A DNA stretch of 64,000 bases, taken from the NCBI RefSeq assembly GCF_009914755.1, contig NC_060931.1; one strand, written 5' to 3'. Below the pieces are notes generated by a model, which did not search any database, had not been told where the DNA came from, and was given only the letters and a program-made list of their open reading frames with translations. Below are positions 1 to 16,085 of the stretch, piece after piece. The stretch's first letter is position 1; each line of letters starts with the position of its first letter. The position numbers and the translations under genes are program-made. The stretch comes from the human T2T-CHM13v2.0 reference genome, Homo sapiens.

Positions 1-1729
1 TTGGTTTCCAAATGCATGACACTTAAGAGACACAGGATACAGGTTCCTCTCCATAAAGAAATTCATCATGTTTCCCACTAGCAAATCTACACTTCCCCGC
101 CTTTCCCATTTTCATGACCGATGGCATAGTTTGCCTAGTTTTTCTGGGAGGCAATCTGGACAACACCTGCTTTCTTAGCCACCACTATCCCAACCTCTGT
201 TTGCTCAACACATTCAAATCCGCTCCACTGTTGCTGCCTTGGTTAGGATTGTGTTATTTATCACTGACTCTTGCAGCAACCCTATAAATGATCTCCCTAT
301 TTCCATGATCAACTCCGTCCCGGCATTCTGAGTTCCCTTCATGGGATGATCATCCTAAAATGAGAATCTGATCATATGACCTAGCTGCTGAAATTCCTTC
401 AGGAGAACCCTGTCCCCACAGGATCTTCGTTCGGAGGACTGAACTTGAGATGTTACCGACACTCCCTGCCTCTCTCTGGGCTGCAACCTGTGCTTCAGCC
501 ATGAAGACTTGCTAGGAGTCCCCTACATTTCATTGTCTTTATCCCCTTTGAGACTTTGAAAGTGACATTTTCAAGTCTAGAGTATCATTTAAAGTTTTGG
601 TGGAGAGATTTAATGAATGCATATATATGTGCAAATATATATTTATTTATGCAAAGTAGTTTAATTTTTCCTTTGAAGGTTTTGTTGTTTGTCTTCTTGG
701 AGCTAGAAATAAGTTTTCTGAACCTCTGGGCTCTTTGAAGTCTGGTCATGCTTGGGGATAACTGACAGTGTCATCGAAGCCACTCTTTTAAGAAGATTGA
801 AGGTACAAGATGTGAGTTATATTGAGTTATTTGGACGAGTTTTTCAAATATTGATCATCCAGCAAACTCATACCCCGTCTCCTACTCTCTGTGCCATTTT
901 CTCCCTCCCACTTTTGGTCTCTTTTCTTTCCTCATCTTTCCTCATATCATTGTCCAGTTTTAGCAAAAGTATCAGAGGATGTACTAGCTTTGTAAGTAAA
1001 TTTAGCTGTTTCACATTTTCCAAATAAACTTTAGAGATTTTTTCCTGTATTGTCATAAAGCGATTCCCTTTAAAAGTAAACTGTGTTTACTTGCACAACA
1101 CCCCTATCTTTAGCAAATGACTTTGTGTCTTCCCTGCTGTTACTGAATTTTCTCATTTTTCCTTGACCACTTAGCCACCCCTTTGTGCCCCCCAACCGCC
1201 GCAATACACAGCTCCTTACCCATCCTCCCAAAACATGAAAGGAAACATTCCCAGCTCCAGACACTAAGATCAGTAAATTGCAGGGCTCTGATGTCCTCCA
1301 TGAATGCAGGCCTTATGAAATATACCAGTGACAACTTAGGAAGAAGATACATACTTCCATTCAACTCCCCATGAAGCCTAACCCAAAGGGACTCTGTAGG
1401 ATGGATGGCCAGGCTCAAGCACAGCTTAGAGCCAGAGCCAACACCAGAAAGAGGGACAAAGCTTTGGCCTTCTCAAAAAGGCCAATGTCCTACCAGAAAA
1501 CCTAGAACAGCTCTGCAACCCAGGTGCCCTTATTCTAACTGACCTAACAGGCACTAAATGTGGTATTCTTCTGATGTGCCAGGCAGTGTCCAATTGCATA
1601 CACTGTAGAATTTAACATTTTTGCTTTCCTGCACAAATAAAAATTAAAAGTAATATCTGAGTACATAAGAAGTTGCAGATGACTGCTAACATCCTTAAAT
1701 GGGTTCACAGAATAAAAGCCAAATTCTCA

Positions 1730-2112
1730 TCTCCTACCTCCCCTTCCTAGATATACTACATTCTGACCACGGGGGGTTATTGGCATGTGTGCTTGTTTCA
1801 CATGCCTGGACATTTGCACATATCTTTCCTTCTTCCTGGAATGTTCCTCCAGTTCCTATTCATCCTGCAAGACAAAGCAGTAGTCCTTTATTATGAAGCC
1901 TTGGTAGACACCTTGCTGATCTTAGATCCTCCTTCCCTCCCAATTTCACTTTGTGGCTCTATTACATCAATAACCCTACTGTGCAGTACTCATTTGGCGG
2001 CCTTCAAATCTTCCTAGCCAGGCCACATACTCATTAAGCCCAGGAATGTGTCTATTTACCTAGTAGGCAAGTGTCCAATAAGTATTTATTGAAAAACTGA
2101 ACAAGTGAATAA
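1730..2112 (+). mobile_element. L2 LINE 3' fragment
   Basis: Degenerate L2 3' region ending in the typical ...caataagtatttattgaaaaactgaacaagtgaataaa tail. Boundaries approximate. Confidence 0.55.
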
Positions 2113-3830
2113 ACAGATATTCCTCGAAGGCATAGGGAAGGCTTTCTTCCTTCTCCCACAGTTCTCCTCCTTTATGTGACATGGAGAGGATTTCACTGTG
2201 GTTCTGTCCTGGCAAGGGGTTTCCAGCTGGACCTGCCCTGAGCAAACCTGGGGTGTCATGACCGCCTTGGCATCAAGCATGCTGTTGATGCATAGCATTG
2301 TGGTAGCTTGCTTTATTCCCAAGGGCAGGAGGTAGCAGGGTAGATTTATGTCATGTTGACGGGAAGCTGCTGAAGATCAAAGGCTTGGCCAGTGTGAACA
2401 CATCCCAAGGTCACAAATTCAGCTATGTTTTTCAGGGTGGGCAGAGTGAAGTCCTCTAGATCTTAAACAGAGAATGAGAATAGATCCTGCCTATTTTAAG
2501 TACTATAGAAAATATTTAGAGATGGGGCATCCCCAGTAATCACTGGGAATGGAGAAACTGGCTCTGGACAATTTAAGAAAAAAGTTTTGCTGAAAAGATA
2601 TTATGTGCCTCCAAGAAGCACTAGAAAGACAGAAGAACAGACTCAAAAACTGAACACAAAGAAAAGACAGTGAGGGACTGTGACCAGAGCCAGAGTGAGG
2701 CCACTGGCCAGTCTAGGACCTCCTGCTGATGCTTCCTCTCTACATAAGCAGCTGGAAACTGCCCCTAGCCCAGAGAGCTGACCCCAGACACCACTTCTGC
2801 TCCTAGACATTGCAAATGGTTGCTATCATCAGACCAACTTCTGCCCTGTTGTTCCCTCACTGTATCTGTAGTTCCATATCTAAAATACTGTGAGCTGTGC
2901 CTAATTTACATCCCCACATCCTAACTGCAAGATGGAATGAGAAAGGGCCATGCTGCTTCTCCAGCTTCTATAGTGGGAGGTGGGTTCATAAAACAAGAAA
3001 TCTCTCAAAAATCAGATGGAGAGCTGAAATGATGACAAATATCCCCTACATGTCCCAAGCCTGTCTTCACATGGTAATGGCTGCATAAAGGAAGCAGGGT
3101 TGTTTCCTGTTTACATTTTTGAATGCCACCTCACAACCTGAAAATAAAAACAACAGACCATTAACAAATCAGGAATATTTTATCAAGCATGCATTTCTAT
3201 GGAGTACCATGATGACTTTGACGTACTCTTGTCTACTAAAATCTCGTAATCTAAAAGTGGAAATTAAATGTTTACGCAAGTAGGAAAAAAGTTGTCAGTG
3301 CCCTTTGAGCTGTACAGCTCAGAGCAGTGAACCTCTTCCTGGCCTGGCATGCTCAGGGAACACATCGTAAACAGCAGTTACATTATTGAGCTGGATTTCC
3401 AGTCTTGCTCCACTGTTATCTTACATTTTCTCTTCTTGTTTTGTGACTTTCAAATCTTTGCTAATGTCAGTCACTCTGCTGGGAGTACTCTTCCCTGTCT
3501 TCTCTATTTGTGTGCATTGCAATACATTTTTTAAAGCTCAACTCTAGAAAGAAAAAAGTACATGTGTGTGTGTGTGTTAAACAACAGACACACAGAGAGC
3601 ATTATGCAAAATAAAGTGACCCCCAACTGCAAAGGAAGAATTCTGTTTTTCTATATTTGTTTGCAGGTAATGACAAACCTGGACCACTTTGAACTGTTAC
3701 CCCAAATATAATTCTGTATCTCCAGTGACTTACTGCACCTTTTAAACTGGATGTCCCTAAGCTTATGATGCCATATTCATCATCTTCCCTATCCTACAAC
3801 TTCCTGTTAACAGAAGCACTGATCCTCAGT

Positions 3831-4138
<308 letters not shown>

Positions 4139-6159
4139 TAAAAGCTTTAAATTAGCCTTCACTTACTCTACTCATTGATCCCCTGGGACCAGTAAGTGAC
4201 CATAGTCTGATATTCTGCTTCCTTCACAGTGCCTCAAGTCCTTCATTTCTTCGCTCTTACCCTCTCCATTGAACCTTCACAGTACGCGCTAGGCTGCTCA
4301 TACCGATCTCCAGTGGCTTCCTTGACACCAGCCTCTCTTCTCCAGTGCACACTTCATACCACTTCCCAGGTCCAATCTTCTCTAAATATGTACTACAAAA
4401 CCTTGCTCTTCTGCTCAGGGGAACTCATTGGTTTGCTATTTCCTCCCTAATTAGACTAAAGACCTTTGCCACATTTCTAGAGATTCTCTATTGCAAAAGA
4501 GAATGGACTCTTCAATGCCATGTCATAGAACTCTGCAAATGCAGACTCAGATAGACTTCCACTCATCTCCCCTTGCCCTCATTTAATTTTCCTTTTAGAA
4601 TTGAAGGTACTTAAGGAATAAAAATGCAGTCTATCCCGTGTCTACTCATCTAGGTCATTCTTACTTTCTGAGCTCTCTTCATCATGTCCTTCCTTCGTTT
4701 GGAATAGCTTCCCATCTCTGGGCACTCTGAAATATTCCCTCCCTTCAAGGCCCTGCATCAGCTACACATCGATGGCTCCCTTCTGTGAATGCCTATAATA
4801 TTGATGATTTATACTCTGCCATTTAACATTTAAATATTGTTCTATCTTATCAACCTGGGCATTGATTCAAATGTATTAGTCCTAACTCGCTACCTATAGT
4901 TAATCCTGCTTGAGTTTGGAGATCATGTCTTCAATTTGAATAGTCCGAAAGCTTAGCTTAGTGCTCCTGAAAACATTATGGATGTTTCCCATAATGTTTC
5001 ATCCATATAGATGATCAATAAATATTGATTGATTCATGCCAGATCCTATATAGTGCTCAGCTTTTCTCGCAGCAATCTTGGTTCTAAGATATCAAATCAA
5101 CTCACCTTTTTGGTGATTATGCCATGGCAGCAGAATTAGTAAATGAATTCCTTGTATATTCCTGCATCTTAAATTTAACCTTTTCAAAAACACCTTTCAG
5201 ACCAGAGAAAGGAACAGCCTGCGGATTTTGGCAGCCCCAAGCACTGGGTCCGACAATTTGAAAAGTGCTAATTCTAGCTCTCCAACAATTCCACCAACAT
5301 GGCAATGACTCAAAATATCTGTAGTCTTGAGCTCGTTGCTGACACACAGTCAGTCCCATTGCAGAATGCTTATGAAGTATCCAGCTGCTCCCGCATCCTG
5401 GATGTCTGTTCTGGAATGTTTCTCAGAGGACCCATCCTATGGTCACTCTGGCCCTTTTGCTGGAACAGACCTGTTGACAAATATGGCCTTGATTTAGCAG
5501 CTAAACCTCAGGCTTCTATGTCACTCACCCACCGCACTTGGTTCTTCACTCTTGGAAATCATGTGTCTGAAAAAAAAAAAAAATGCACATCTTTCCTCAA
5601 CTGTTCTTTTCGTATGTCCTAAAAAACAAGAGAATTTTCCCTGACTCAATATGACTCTGCTGGCCTCTGACCTCCTCAGAGAAGAAAACCAGGAAGCTGG
5701 AAAGCATGGAGCAAATGATTGTGGCCCAAGTTTACCTCTTCCTCTGAATGACTACAGAGCAACCAGGATGACAGCAAGTGATGACACAAATCACCAGTCC
5801 CTGGCATTTGTAGGAGTCTCTTTCCTTGACAAAGTAAATTTCCATGTTTCTTTTCATAGAATTACATCATGTGAGAAACACTTGTGTCGAACCTCAAAAT
5901 CATATTTAATGTTATTTATTTCTACAGAATTTTAAAATTGGTTCTAGATGTTTTTATTTTCTCTTAGTTTTCTATCATTAGACAGATTTGTCACTTTGGT
6001 TTTCACAGACAAAATTAGGCACCCCTAATTAATTGATGGCAGCCATTTAAATTGCTTGAGTGTCTAGGACCACTTTGCTCAGCAGTCTCATGATAGTTAC
6101 CAAGATAAAAAAAATACATGCGTGTACACTGCACTGACTGGAATATATTAGATACAGAG

Positions 6160-6610
6160 AGAGGCCCTGGTTCCATTGGACTCAGCACTGGTCAGGTCTG
6201 CAATTCCAGTTCATAGATCCTAGGAATAGTCACAAAGTGATAGATAGAGAGAGGCAGGATGATGGAACTGTTAAACCATCAGATGAGGCCTAAAAAAGGG
6301 ACCAGTTGAGGAAGGAGATAGAAAATGGCCAAATGTAAATTTCTGCCAAGGATGACTTTAAATCTTCCATAAGGAAGAGAAACTAGACTCCCTGTATTTG
6401 TCCAAATGACAGAGCCAGAGCCAAAAAAGAGGGGCTGTAGGGAGCTAGATAACTACCAGAGTAATATAAAGAAGATTATTTTAAAAATAAAATTTTGAGC
6501 TAGCCAGTATTGGAATGTATCATGTGAGCCAGAGAGTTCCCCATCACCAGAGCGATGGAAGGGGACATTGAATTGGTGTCCACCAGCAACATCTCAGGAA
6601 GGATTTCTGC
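6160..6610 (+). mobile_element. Ancient L3/CR1-like LINE fragment
   Basis: Resembles the CR1/L3 3' region (...gtgagccagagagttccccatcaccagag...). Highly diverged. Confidence 0.4.
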
Positions 6611-7243
6611 AGACACTGTGGTAGGCTAAGTGGACACTAAGTTACCATCAATCAAATTCTTCTTCAGAGAGAGAGCTTTGCAAAGTTGTGAATAGCTGAC
6701 CAAAAGTTGCTTCTTATCATCATAGGTAGCTTTTGTAAGTGCTGCCTTGACTTTGAAACTCTGAAAGAACTTCAGGTTTTTCAGATAATCCTCAACTCCA
6801 GGGAAAAGTTTAGTTGCAGGAGAGCAGCACAGAAAAAAAAGGGGAGTCATTTTAGCCAAGATTTAGCTTAGCTGGGCTGACCAAAAGAGAGAAAGAAAAA
6901 ATGTCACTGTCACAATACATTTTCCTTACACACTGAAATAATGGTGATTTCATTTCCGAGCTAGTTGTCTGTTTCCATGAGATTACAGAAAAGCACACTC
7001 GTTCTGTTTCTGCACAAGGGTCCTGCTCAGCGCACTTGCCAGTAGGTACGAGAATCCTAGACCAATACTTATCATGGTACTATAAGCACAAACACTCTTC
7101 CAGATACATTGTATGCATTATAAAGCTTAGTAAGGAATGCTCACAGTTGTATTTTTAAAGACTAGAAAGCCAAGGCAAGACAATTATTGATAGAGATAAT
7201 TTGGTGCAGCCACTTTACAATAGCTCTATTTAAAAACACAACT

Positions 7244-7623
<380 letters not shown>

Positions 7624-8919
7624 TTACATTTATATTGGTATGTTTACATTACCAAATACTGTAAACTAGAAATCCCAATTCTTTCCCTATTGTGCATGCT
7701 CCATGCTCCTTGGTAATACAAATGAGATAACATTGCAATGACTTGGTTTTTAGGTGTGGTCACTGTTCCATGTATCTGAGGAATAAGGACAGACATGTCA
7801 AAGACCTCAAACAAGATCACATAATTCTAAATGGCAGAGTTGAACCCTAAACCATGTCTGCTGCTCTCTCTGGGCCCTCACCCACCACCATATTGCTTTC
7901 AAGGGTAGCTCAGGGCCCCGGGCTGTGATGTAGAGTGAAGACAATGGAACGTGCTGCTGAGATTAGGCCTGTTTTCCACATTGTGGGATGGTTTCCAGAG
8001 GTGCTAAGAGCCTCTCCCTGCAAGCCAGTGAGTGCCTGATCTGTGTGTACACCTCGCATGTGCTGGAGATGAAGATGTGCCCTTCTGTCCACCAGAGAGG
8101 AAGACCACTCTGGCTCTTTGCATTCCATTGGTAGAATGATCACAGAATTTACTGTCCAAACTAACACACTTCTATGAGTAAAAGTGGGCACTACTACTAA
8201 TTTTCAGAATAACAAGTGTGCACACAGAGCTGTCTTGAGTAGATGGGAATGCGTAGTCACTGCACCCATGGGCTTTGCTCCTGTCCTTATGCTGTCAAGA
8301 TCATCTTTTCCTCAGTGTTTTGCTTGGATATAAGCATGGAAGAGCTACTTCTTATCACAATAATCGTTTTTGATTATTCAGTTTTTCTTTTTATAAAAAA
8401 GATTGCTCTTTCTCCATCTCTGGGTAATTTCCTTTAAAGTATTCTGTTTCTGTAGTAATCACTCACATTTTTTCCCTGAGTTTAATAGATGCTGTTGATA
8501 CATTGCTTTTCCATGGATTTATGCGTTATGATTATCCTTTCTTCTTTGATTACAAATGATCTTTTATATTTGGGGGAAATCTGTGCTATTGAAAAAAATT
8601 ATTTTGTATCTGCCTTCAGTGTGCAGGAGGATTCTGTGATTTTCAGGGGATCCAACTCCTATGGCTTAATTTTCTTAAAGGGTTGTCATTCTCCTCCCAC
8701 TCTGACCTCCTCATCAGATCCTGAGTTTCGCTTTGCATGTCGTAGAATGACAATGTGTGAAGGTGAAAACAGAGAGTGGAGAGAAACAACCATGAGAGAG
8801 AGCATAGGGATAGACTAAGCACTGGAGGGCAGGACAGAGGACAACACAGTGGGTTCTGGGGTGGGGGACACTTTGATCACCTCCTAGCATCCACACCCCC
8901 TTTCATCTTTCTAACTCTG

Positions 8920-9090
8920 CAGCTACTTAAATTTAAAAAATTAAAATGAAATCAAACAAAACATTCAATTATCCACTCATATTGACCACATTCAAGTGCT
9001 CAGTAGCCAAATCTGGCTTCTAGATACCATATTGGATGGTGAGAATATGGAACATTTCCCTCATTGCCAGAAATCCTATTGCACAGTGTT
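8920..9090 (-). mobile_element. MER3 (hAT-Charlie MITE)
   Basis: Matches the reverse complement of MER3 (ccacattcaagtgctcagtagcc...ggaacatttcc...cagaaatcctattg). Confidence 0.75.
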
Positions 9091-9127
9091 AACTGAACCC
9101 TTATTTTTTAATAGTTCCCCTCTTTTC

Positions 9128-9510
<383 letters not shown>

Positions 9511-9599
9511 ATAGCTCCCCCCCTTCTTCACTGCCCACATTATTCAGTGGAAGGTGATCACAAGAGAGTTTCCTAATTAGGAAGCCGATGATAGTAATT

Positions 9600-10392
9600 T
9601 CATGCCTTCCTGTCAGGAACTAGTTGGAGAGCCCAAGCTAAGGGCAACCAATGCTTGCTATCCCCCTGTTTATAACCATTTATCTAGAGGTGATTAGGAA
9701 CCTATGTTAGACCAATCAGGCTGAAGGAAAAGAGTTTTCATCTGGGAGCAAATGTTTTTCCTCTGTCCTGATGAATAGGAATAGGAAAAAATTTTGTCCC
9801 TCTTCCTACTGGCAGCCAACTTGGGGCCATGAGGGAAGTTAGCCTGAGAACAAGCTGGCACTCAGAGGAGGGCAGAGCAAAAGAGAGGAAGAAAAATGAT
9901 GTAGGATTCCTGTAGCACCATGCTAGAAGCCAGTCTGACTTCCAGACTTGATATGGTTTCACTGTGTCCCCACCCAAATTTCATCTTAAATTCCCACATG
10001 TTGTGGGAGGAACCTGGTGGGAGGTAATTGAATTATGGGGCAGATGTTTCCCATGCTGTTCTCATGATAGTGAATAAGTCTTATGAGATCTTATGGTTTT
10101 TAAAATGAGAGTTTCCCTGCACAAGCTCCTTCTTTGCCTGCTGCCATCCGTGTAAGACATGACTTGCTCTTCCTTGCTTCCCACCATGATTGTGGGGCCT
10201 CCCCAGCCACATGGAACTGTAAGACCATTAAACCTCTTTCTTTTGTAAATTGCCCAGTCTCAGGTATGTCTTTATGAGCAGTGCAAAAAAGGACTAATAT
10301 AGGACTTCTCTTGAGATGAGATGATAAATGTTCTTGTTTAAGTACATTTGAAAACAGGTTTTTTTTTTACTTGCAACTCAAAGCCCTTTAAC
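9600..10392 (+). mobile_element. Old MaLR LTR (MLT1J/K-like), split by THE1
   Basis: MLT1-like motifs on both sides of the THE1 (ggggccatgagggaag...gagggcagagc; gataaatgttcttgtttaag...ttacttgcaactcaaagc). Start approximate. Confidence 0.55.
9949..10301 (+). mobile_element. THE1 (THE1A/B-like) MaLR solo LTR
   Basis: tgatatggttt...ccccacccaaat...ggactaatata. 5-bp TSD agact/ggact. Confidence 0.93.
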
Positions 10393-10929
10393 TCACCTGG
10401 ATTCTTGTCCTGTCCCCCACCACAAAGTAATTCTATGACCTTGAATGATTCCTACAACCTCTCTGGGCCATGACTTCTTAATATTTAAAATGGCAGAGAC
10501 AGAGATCTGCAAGTTTCCTTAATAAGATTATGAAAGCCCTGTATACGCTCTTAAGGTAAGAATCAGAAATAGGGAGTTGAGACAACAATATTGCTTACGA
10601 GACATCCTTGGTGGTCCCAATGAGGGCCCTTGGTATTGGTAGAGTCCTGCACAACCCACTTGACATGGGGCTTTGGGAGCTCCCGGGAGAGACATGCTCT
10701 CACATTTGCCCAGGTGGATACCACATACATCTGGCTGTAGTGGTGTTGATTTAAATGCTGGAGAGTCATGGTTTCCTGTAGTCTTTCTGAGGCATGATTT
10801 TGGCACATTTCAATGTAATGCTCCCTTTTTTTGTGTTATTACATCAATTATACATTCTCAACTGAAAAAAAGAATTTTTAATCCCCTTGATTTTCCTCCC
10901 TAAGAAGCAGAGTTTACTGTAATCTGGGG

Positions 10930-11930
10930 CTTTCAAGACTCCTTATCTTTCCACCTTCCTGCCCTACTCCCACAATGTTCATCTTCCAGTCCACATATCA
11001 TAATTCACTGTCCGTTTCATCATCAAACCCAAGTTTGTAGAGATCACCCTTGTTTCCTCTGTCCTGTTCATCCCTACATTCAAGTAGTGATTAATATTGT
11101 CTATTTTACTTTCTAAATGTGTCTGAAATCCATTTTTTCTCTGCAGTTGTTTTGGTCCATCTGGATTATTCATTACCTCTTAAAAGATCTTACTGCCAAA
11201 CACATAGATCTCCCACACTAGAATATGCCTTCTAAGATGTATACTGGACTACGATTCCCCAGCTCAAACTTCAATACCTCCTTGTTGCCTACATGATCCA
11301 TTTGAAATCTTTAGTCTCACCCAGGAAGCCCTTCTCACCTCACACCTCCTGCACCTACAGCCTGCCTTCCCACCACCCCAGCCACTTGTAATGCTACAGG
11401 TGTGAGTCATCTTTCATCCTCATGCCTCCATATCCGCTATTCACTCTTCCTGTCTTGTCCATTCACATGTGCTTCCCATCTGTCCATCAAGAGCCAGCTC
11501 TGCAAAGCTACCTCCACTTTTCCCAAGCAAGTTGATCATGCTCTCCCTGTGTTCCCATTTCATTTCCTGCCAGTCTTGTCAGTGTCTCTACTAGGACAAG
11601 AGCTCTTTAAAACCAAGTCATGTTTTAGAATCCTATACCTGACCACCCTATTTAACATTGCAACCTTCTTCTCCTTCTTTTCTAATATTTACCTTTTCAC
11701 ATACTATATAATTTTATTGTGTATTATGTTTGATATTTATGGTTTGTCCTCCTCACAAAAACAGGGATCTCAGTTCCTTTCATTCAGTGATACATCCCAA
11801 TGGTCTAGATCAGTATGTGGTGTATAGTAAGTGCTCAATACACATCTCCATTGAGTAAATGAACACATCTTTGTATCTTAGGCACCTGGCATTGTTCCTG
11901 GAAAACATTAAGTGCTCAAATAAATATTTT
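10930..11930 (+). mobile_element. L2 fragments
   Basis: Pyrimidine-rich L2-like sequence with 3' ends tagtaagtgctcaata and aagtgctcaaataaatatt. Boundaries approximate. Confidence 0.55.
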
Positions 11931-11957
11931 ATATTATGTAAATTTTATAGCATTCAT

Positions 11958-12155
11958 AATAATAACAGCTAATATTTAGTGAGCTCTTGCTGTGTGCTAA
12001 ATGATTTATACACGTCATCTCATTAAATCCTCACAACACCCCTAGGAAGTAGGTTACTACCTTCAGTTACAAGAAATCTGAGGCTCTGAGAAATTAAGCA
12101 CCTTGCCCAAGGGAATCAAGTAGACCTGAGATTCAAATAAGAAATTTGACTCCAA
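11958..12155 (-). mobile_element. MIR SINE
   Basis: catctcattaaatcctcacaacacccctagg...ctgaggctctgagaaattaagcaccttgcccaagg is the reverse-complement MIR core. Confidence 0.85.
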
Positions 12156-12562
12156 CACCCACACTGTTCACTAGTATATTGTTCTGCCTCAAATAGTCCA
12201 TCTCATTCACTTGTCTTGTCATTACACACTGTTTCGGCTGTTCTATTTTTAACCTCAAATAGAAAGCAGTAGGAGCAGCTGACCGCTGGGCATAAGAGAT
12301 AGCAGTAGGGCAATTTGTATTAGAATTATATATTAGATGTATTTTGTAGTTAAATATTTTGGAAGAAAGAAAAAACAATGCTTGTGGATTGTTTGCTGAT
12401 TACTCTGGAAGGTGCAGCTGTGAGGTGTACATTATCCTCACAGGCCTGGGACCATCCTGAACCAGTGTTCAACACAGATGTTGAGAGTGTGATTTCTTCT
12501 CCTTCTCTTCAGGAGCATGTGAACGGGGACATAGAAGACATCTCCTTTCTTCCATTGCCCTT

Positions 12563-13089
12563 TGTATTAGTCAGTGTTCTCTGGAGGGACAGAACTAATA
12601 GGATAGACATATACAGGAAAGAGAGTTTATTAAGGAGTATTGACTCACACGATCACAAGGAGGTGAAGTCCCGCAATAGACCTTCTGCAAGCTGAGGAAC
12701 AAGGAAGCCAGTCAGAGTTCCAAAACCTCAAAAATAGAGAAGCCAACAGTGCAACCTTTACTCTGGCCAAAGGCCCAAGAGTCCCCTACAAACCACTGAT
12801 GTAGGTCCAAGAGTCCAATAGCTGAAGAACTTGGATTCTGATGTACAGGAGAAAGGTGGAGGCCAGAAGATTTAGACGGCAAGTGATTCCTTGTTCCTCT
12901 GCCTGCTTTTATCCTAACCACACTCACAGCTGATTAGATGGTGCCCAACCAGATTGAGGGTAGGTCTGCCTCTCCTAATCCACTGACTAAAATGTTAATC
13001 TCATTAGGCAACACCCTCACAGATACACCCAGGAACAAGACTTTGCATCCTTCAATCCAATCAAGTTGACACTCAATATTTATCACACA
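12563..13089 (-). mobile_element. MLT2A2-like solo LTR (HERV-L)
   Basis: Reverse complement starts tgtg...aatattgagtgtcaacttgattggattgaaggatgcaaag. TG...CA ends. 5-bp TSD ccctt (12558-12562, 13090-13094). Confidence 0.9.
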
Positions 13090-13429
13090 CCCTTTCTCTA
13101 GCTTCACCAAAAACAAGGGGCGTCTCCCTCAGCTCATGTCAAACCCATCAATGGGCAACAGTCACCTACAACTCCAGACCCCCACCACATACACACACAG
13201 TGTGCCAGGAACTTATGGGGGCCCAGTTTCCACCCTGGAAAATCCTGGAAGAGCAAATTTCATCTGCCAGCATTACTTTTTTTAGTATCACAGTAATCAC
13301 TGCATGCAATAATTTGTATTCTTTCTGGGTCTGTTACATCGCTACAGAGGATGGGTTACCAAATCCAGAAAAACGCAGCTAATAAATTCTGCAATTCCAG
13401 TCATCTTTTACTTTACAGAATGTTTCTAA

Positions 13430-14410
<981 letters not shown>

Positions 14411-16085
14411 GAACTTGGATTTTCAAGACTCTGAGTAGTAATATACACTAGTGAATTTTTGTGAACCATTTTGCATCAGTTCCAAATTATTCATTATCTA
14501 AAAGTCAAACTCATATTTTTCCATAATTGTACTTTGAAATTATTTATTTTGCAGGCATTGAAAACACTACATCTCTTGGGCCCGTTTGTGACATTGCTGT
14601 TGGTTGGGAGCAGAAATAAGGGCCCCACGGTCTTCGTGGGGGCAGCCTCAACACCCAGTAAGGCCTTCTCACACTGGGGAAGAACCCTGACTACAGGGCT
14701 GCTGTCCCCTCCTTTTCACCTTTAAGGACATTGGGTGTGAACTGATGTCTAGGCTCTGGCTTCCATCCCCATCAGCACGCTTAAGTCCTTTTTAATAGCA
14801 CACATCACAATATCACAGACTGCTGAGATCCGAACTCTTGTGATTGGGCCATATCATGGTTGGTGTTATCAGGAGGAAAAGGTCTGACTACATGGCAGAG
14901 CCTGGAGAGAAGCTCCTGCTTATCAGCTGTTAAATTCTGCACAGGTTGTGTCAGAGCCACGAAACCGGAGGTGACCTCCCCTACGGGATGGGGATCCCTG
15001 AGCGGCATGCCATTCCCTAGATGGGGAGCCTGTCACTGCAGGTCAGTGGGCTTTCAAGGGGAAATTTCGGATAAGGCTATTTGGTGGATGATTATTGTGA
15101 GTGTGCAGGGGGATGTGATTATATCAATGTATGCACACACAGACATGAATACATGTCCGACAAACAGGAGCCTTCCTGGGCAGGGGTAACTAACATCCCA
15201 GGTATTGGGCAATTTTGGACCTTGCCATGCATGGCTTCATGATCCTGAGGATTTCTTTGCACTCACATGCAGCATCTTGGACAAGATAATGGCTGACTTT
15301 GGGAGGAGGCCAGGCAGTGCAGACCCACATTCAGATCCCAGCCCTGCACCTTTCTGGCATGTTGTCCCAGGCATGCATTTAGTCTCTCCAGCCAGAAACT
15401 TCCCTGTCTGTTTAGAATAAAATGAGAATGCCCACATCTAAATCTTGTGAAGATGAGTTTAGATAAAAAGGGTGTTTCTCGTTTATCACATGAGAGTTTA
15501 TTGGTACCTAATAAGTTCTAGTTTCTCTAATAATCTTATCTTTTTTAAAAGACTGGGTCTTCTGCTTTGAGTGTTCTGATCTTTTCTTGTGAGTGGCCTG
15601 GCTAGAGGACACCAACTTGTCCTCTAGCACCCAACTTGTTCAGTTGGGTGCCTCTGAAGGACAGGAGTTGGACTGCTTATTGGCATCTGGCTGACTTCAC
15701 ATTCTAATCAAGAGCACAGCTATTGCTAGAAGTTAGGGTTTGGCTTTGTGTAGCCTCGGTCTGGAACTGTCTCCCCAATGAACCCCTTTATAATCTCCTA
15801 AACAGATGAACAAATACCTGTCTTCATAAGCCACAGAAAATGGTGTCTTCCTTTGCATATTAATGGGAAAAATCTGTTGCCAGATTTCCAGTGAACATTT
15901 CCCTTCCAGAAAACTTATTCCCAAAGAAGGTCTCTAATTTTACCAAGAAGAAATCCGTGAGCCTTTAAGGTCCTGACTGGGAACTTCTTCTTGAACCCCT
16001 GAGCTCCTGAGTGCTTTCTCATGTCCCTGGGCTCAAAGCATCACAGGCTGCCAGGTTCTTGATATCCACTCAGTGAAGTGTGACT

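Noticed and set aside
868-1418. Cluster of short ORFs suggesting a processed pseudogene
   Set aside because: No recognisable protein similarity, poly-A tail or TSD.
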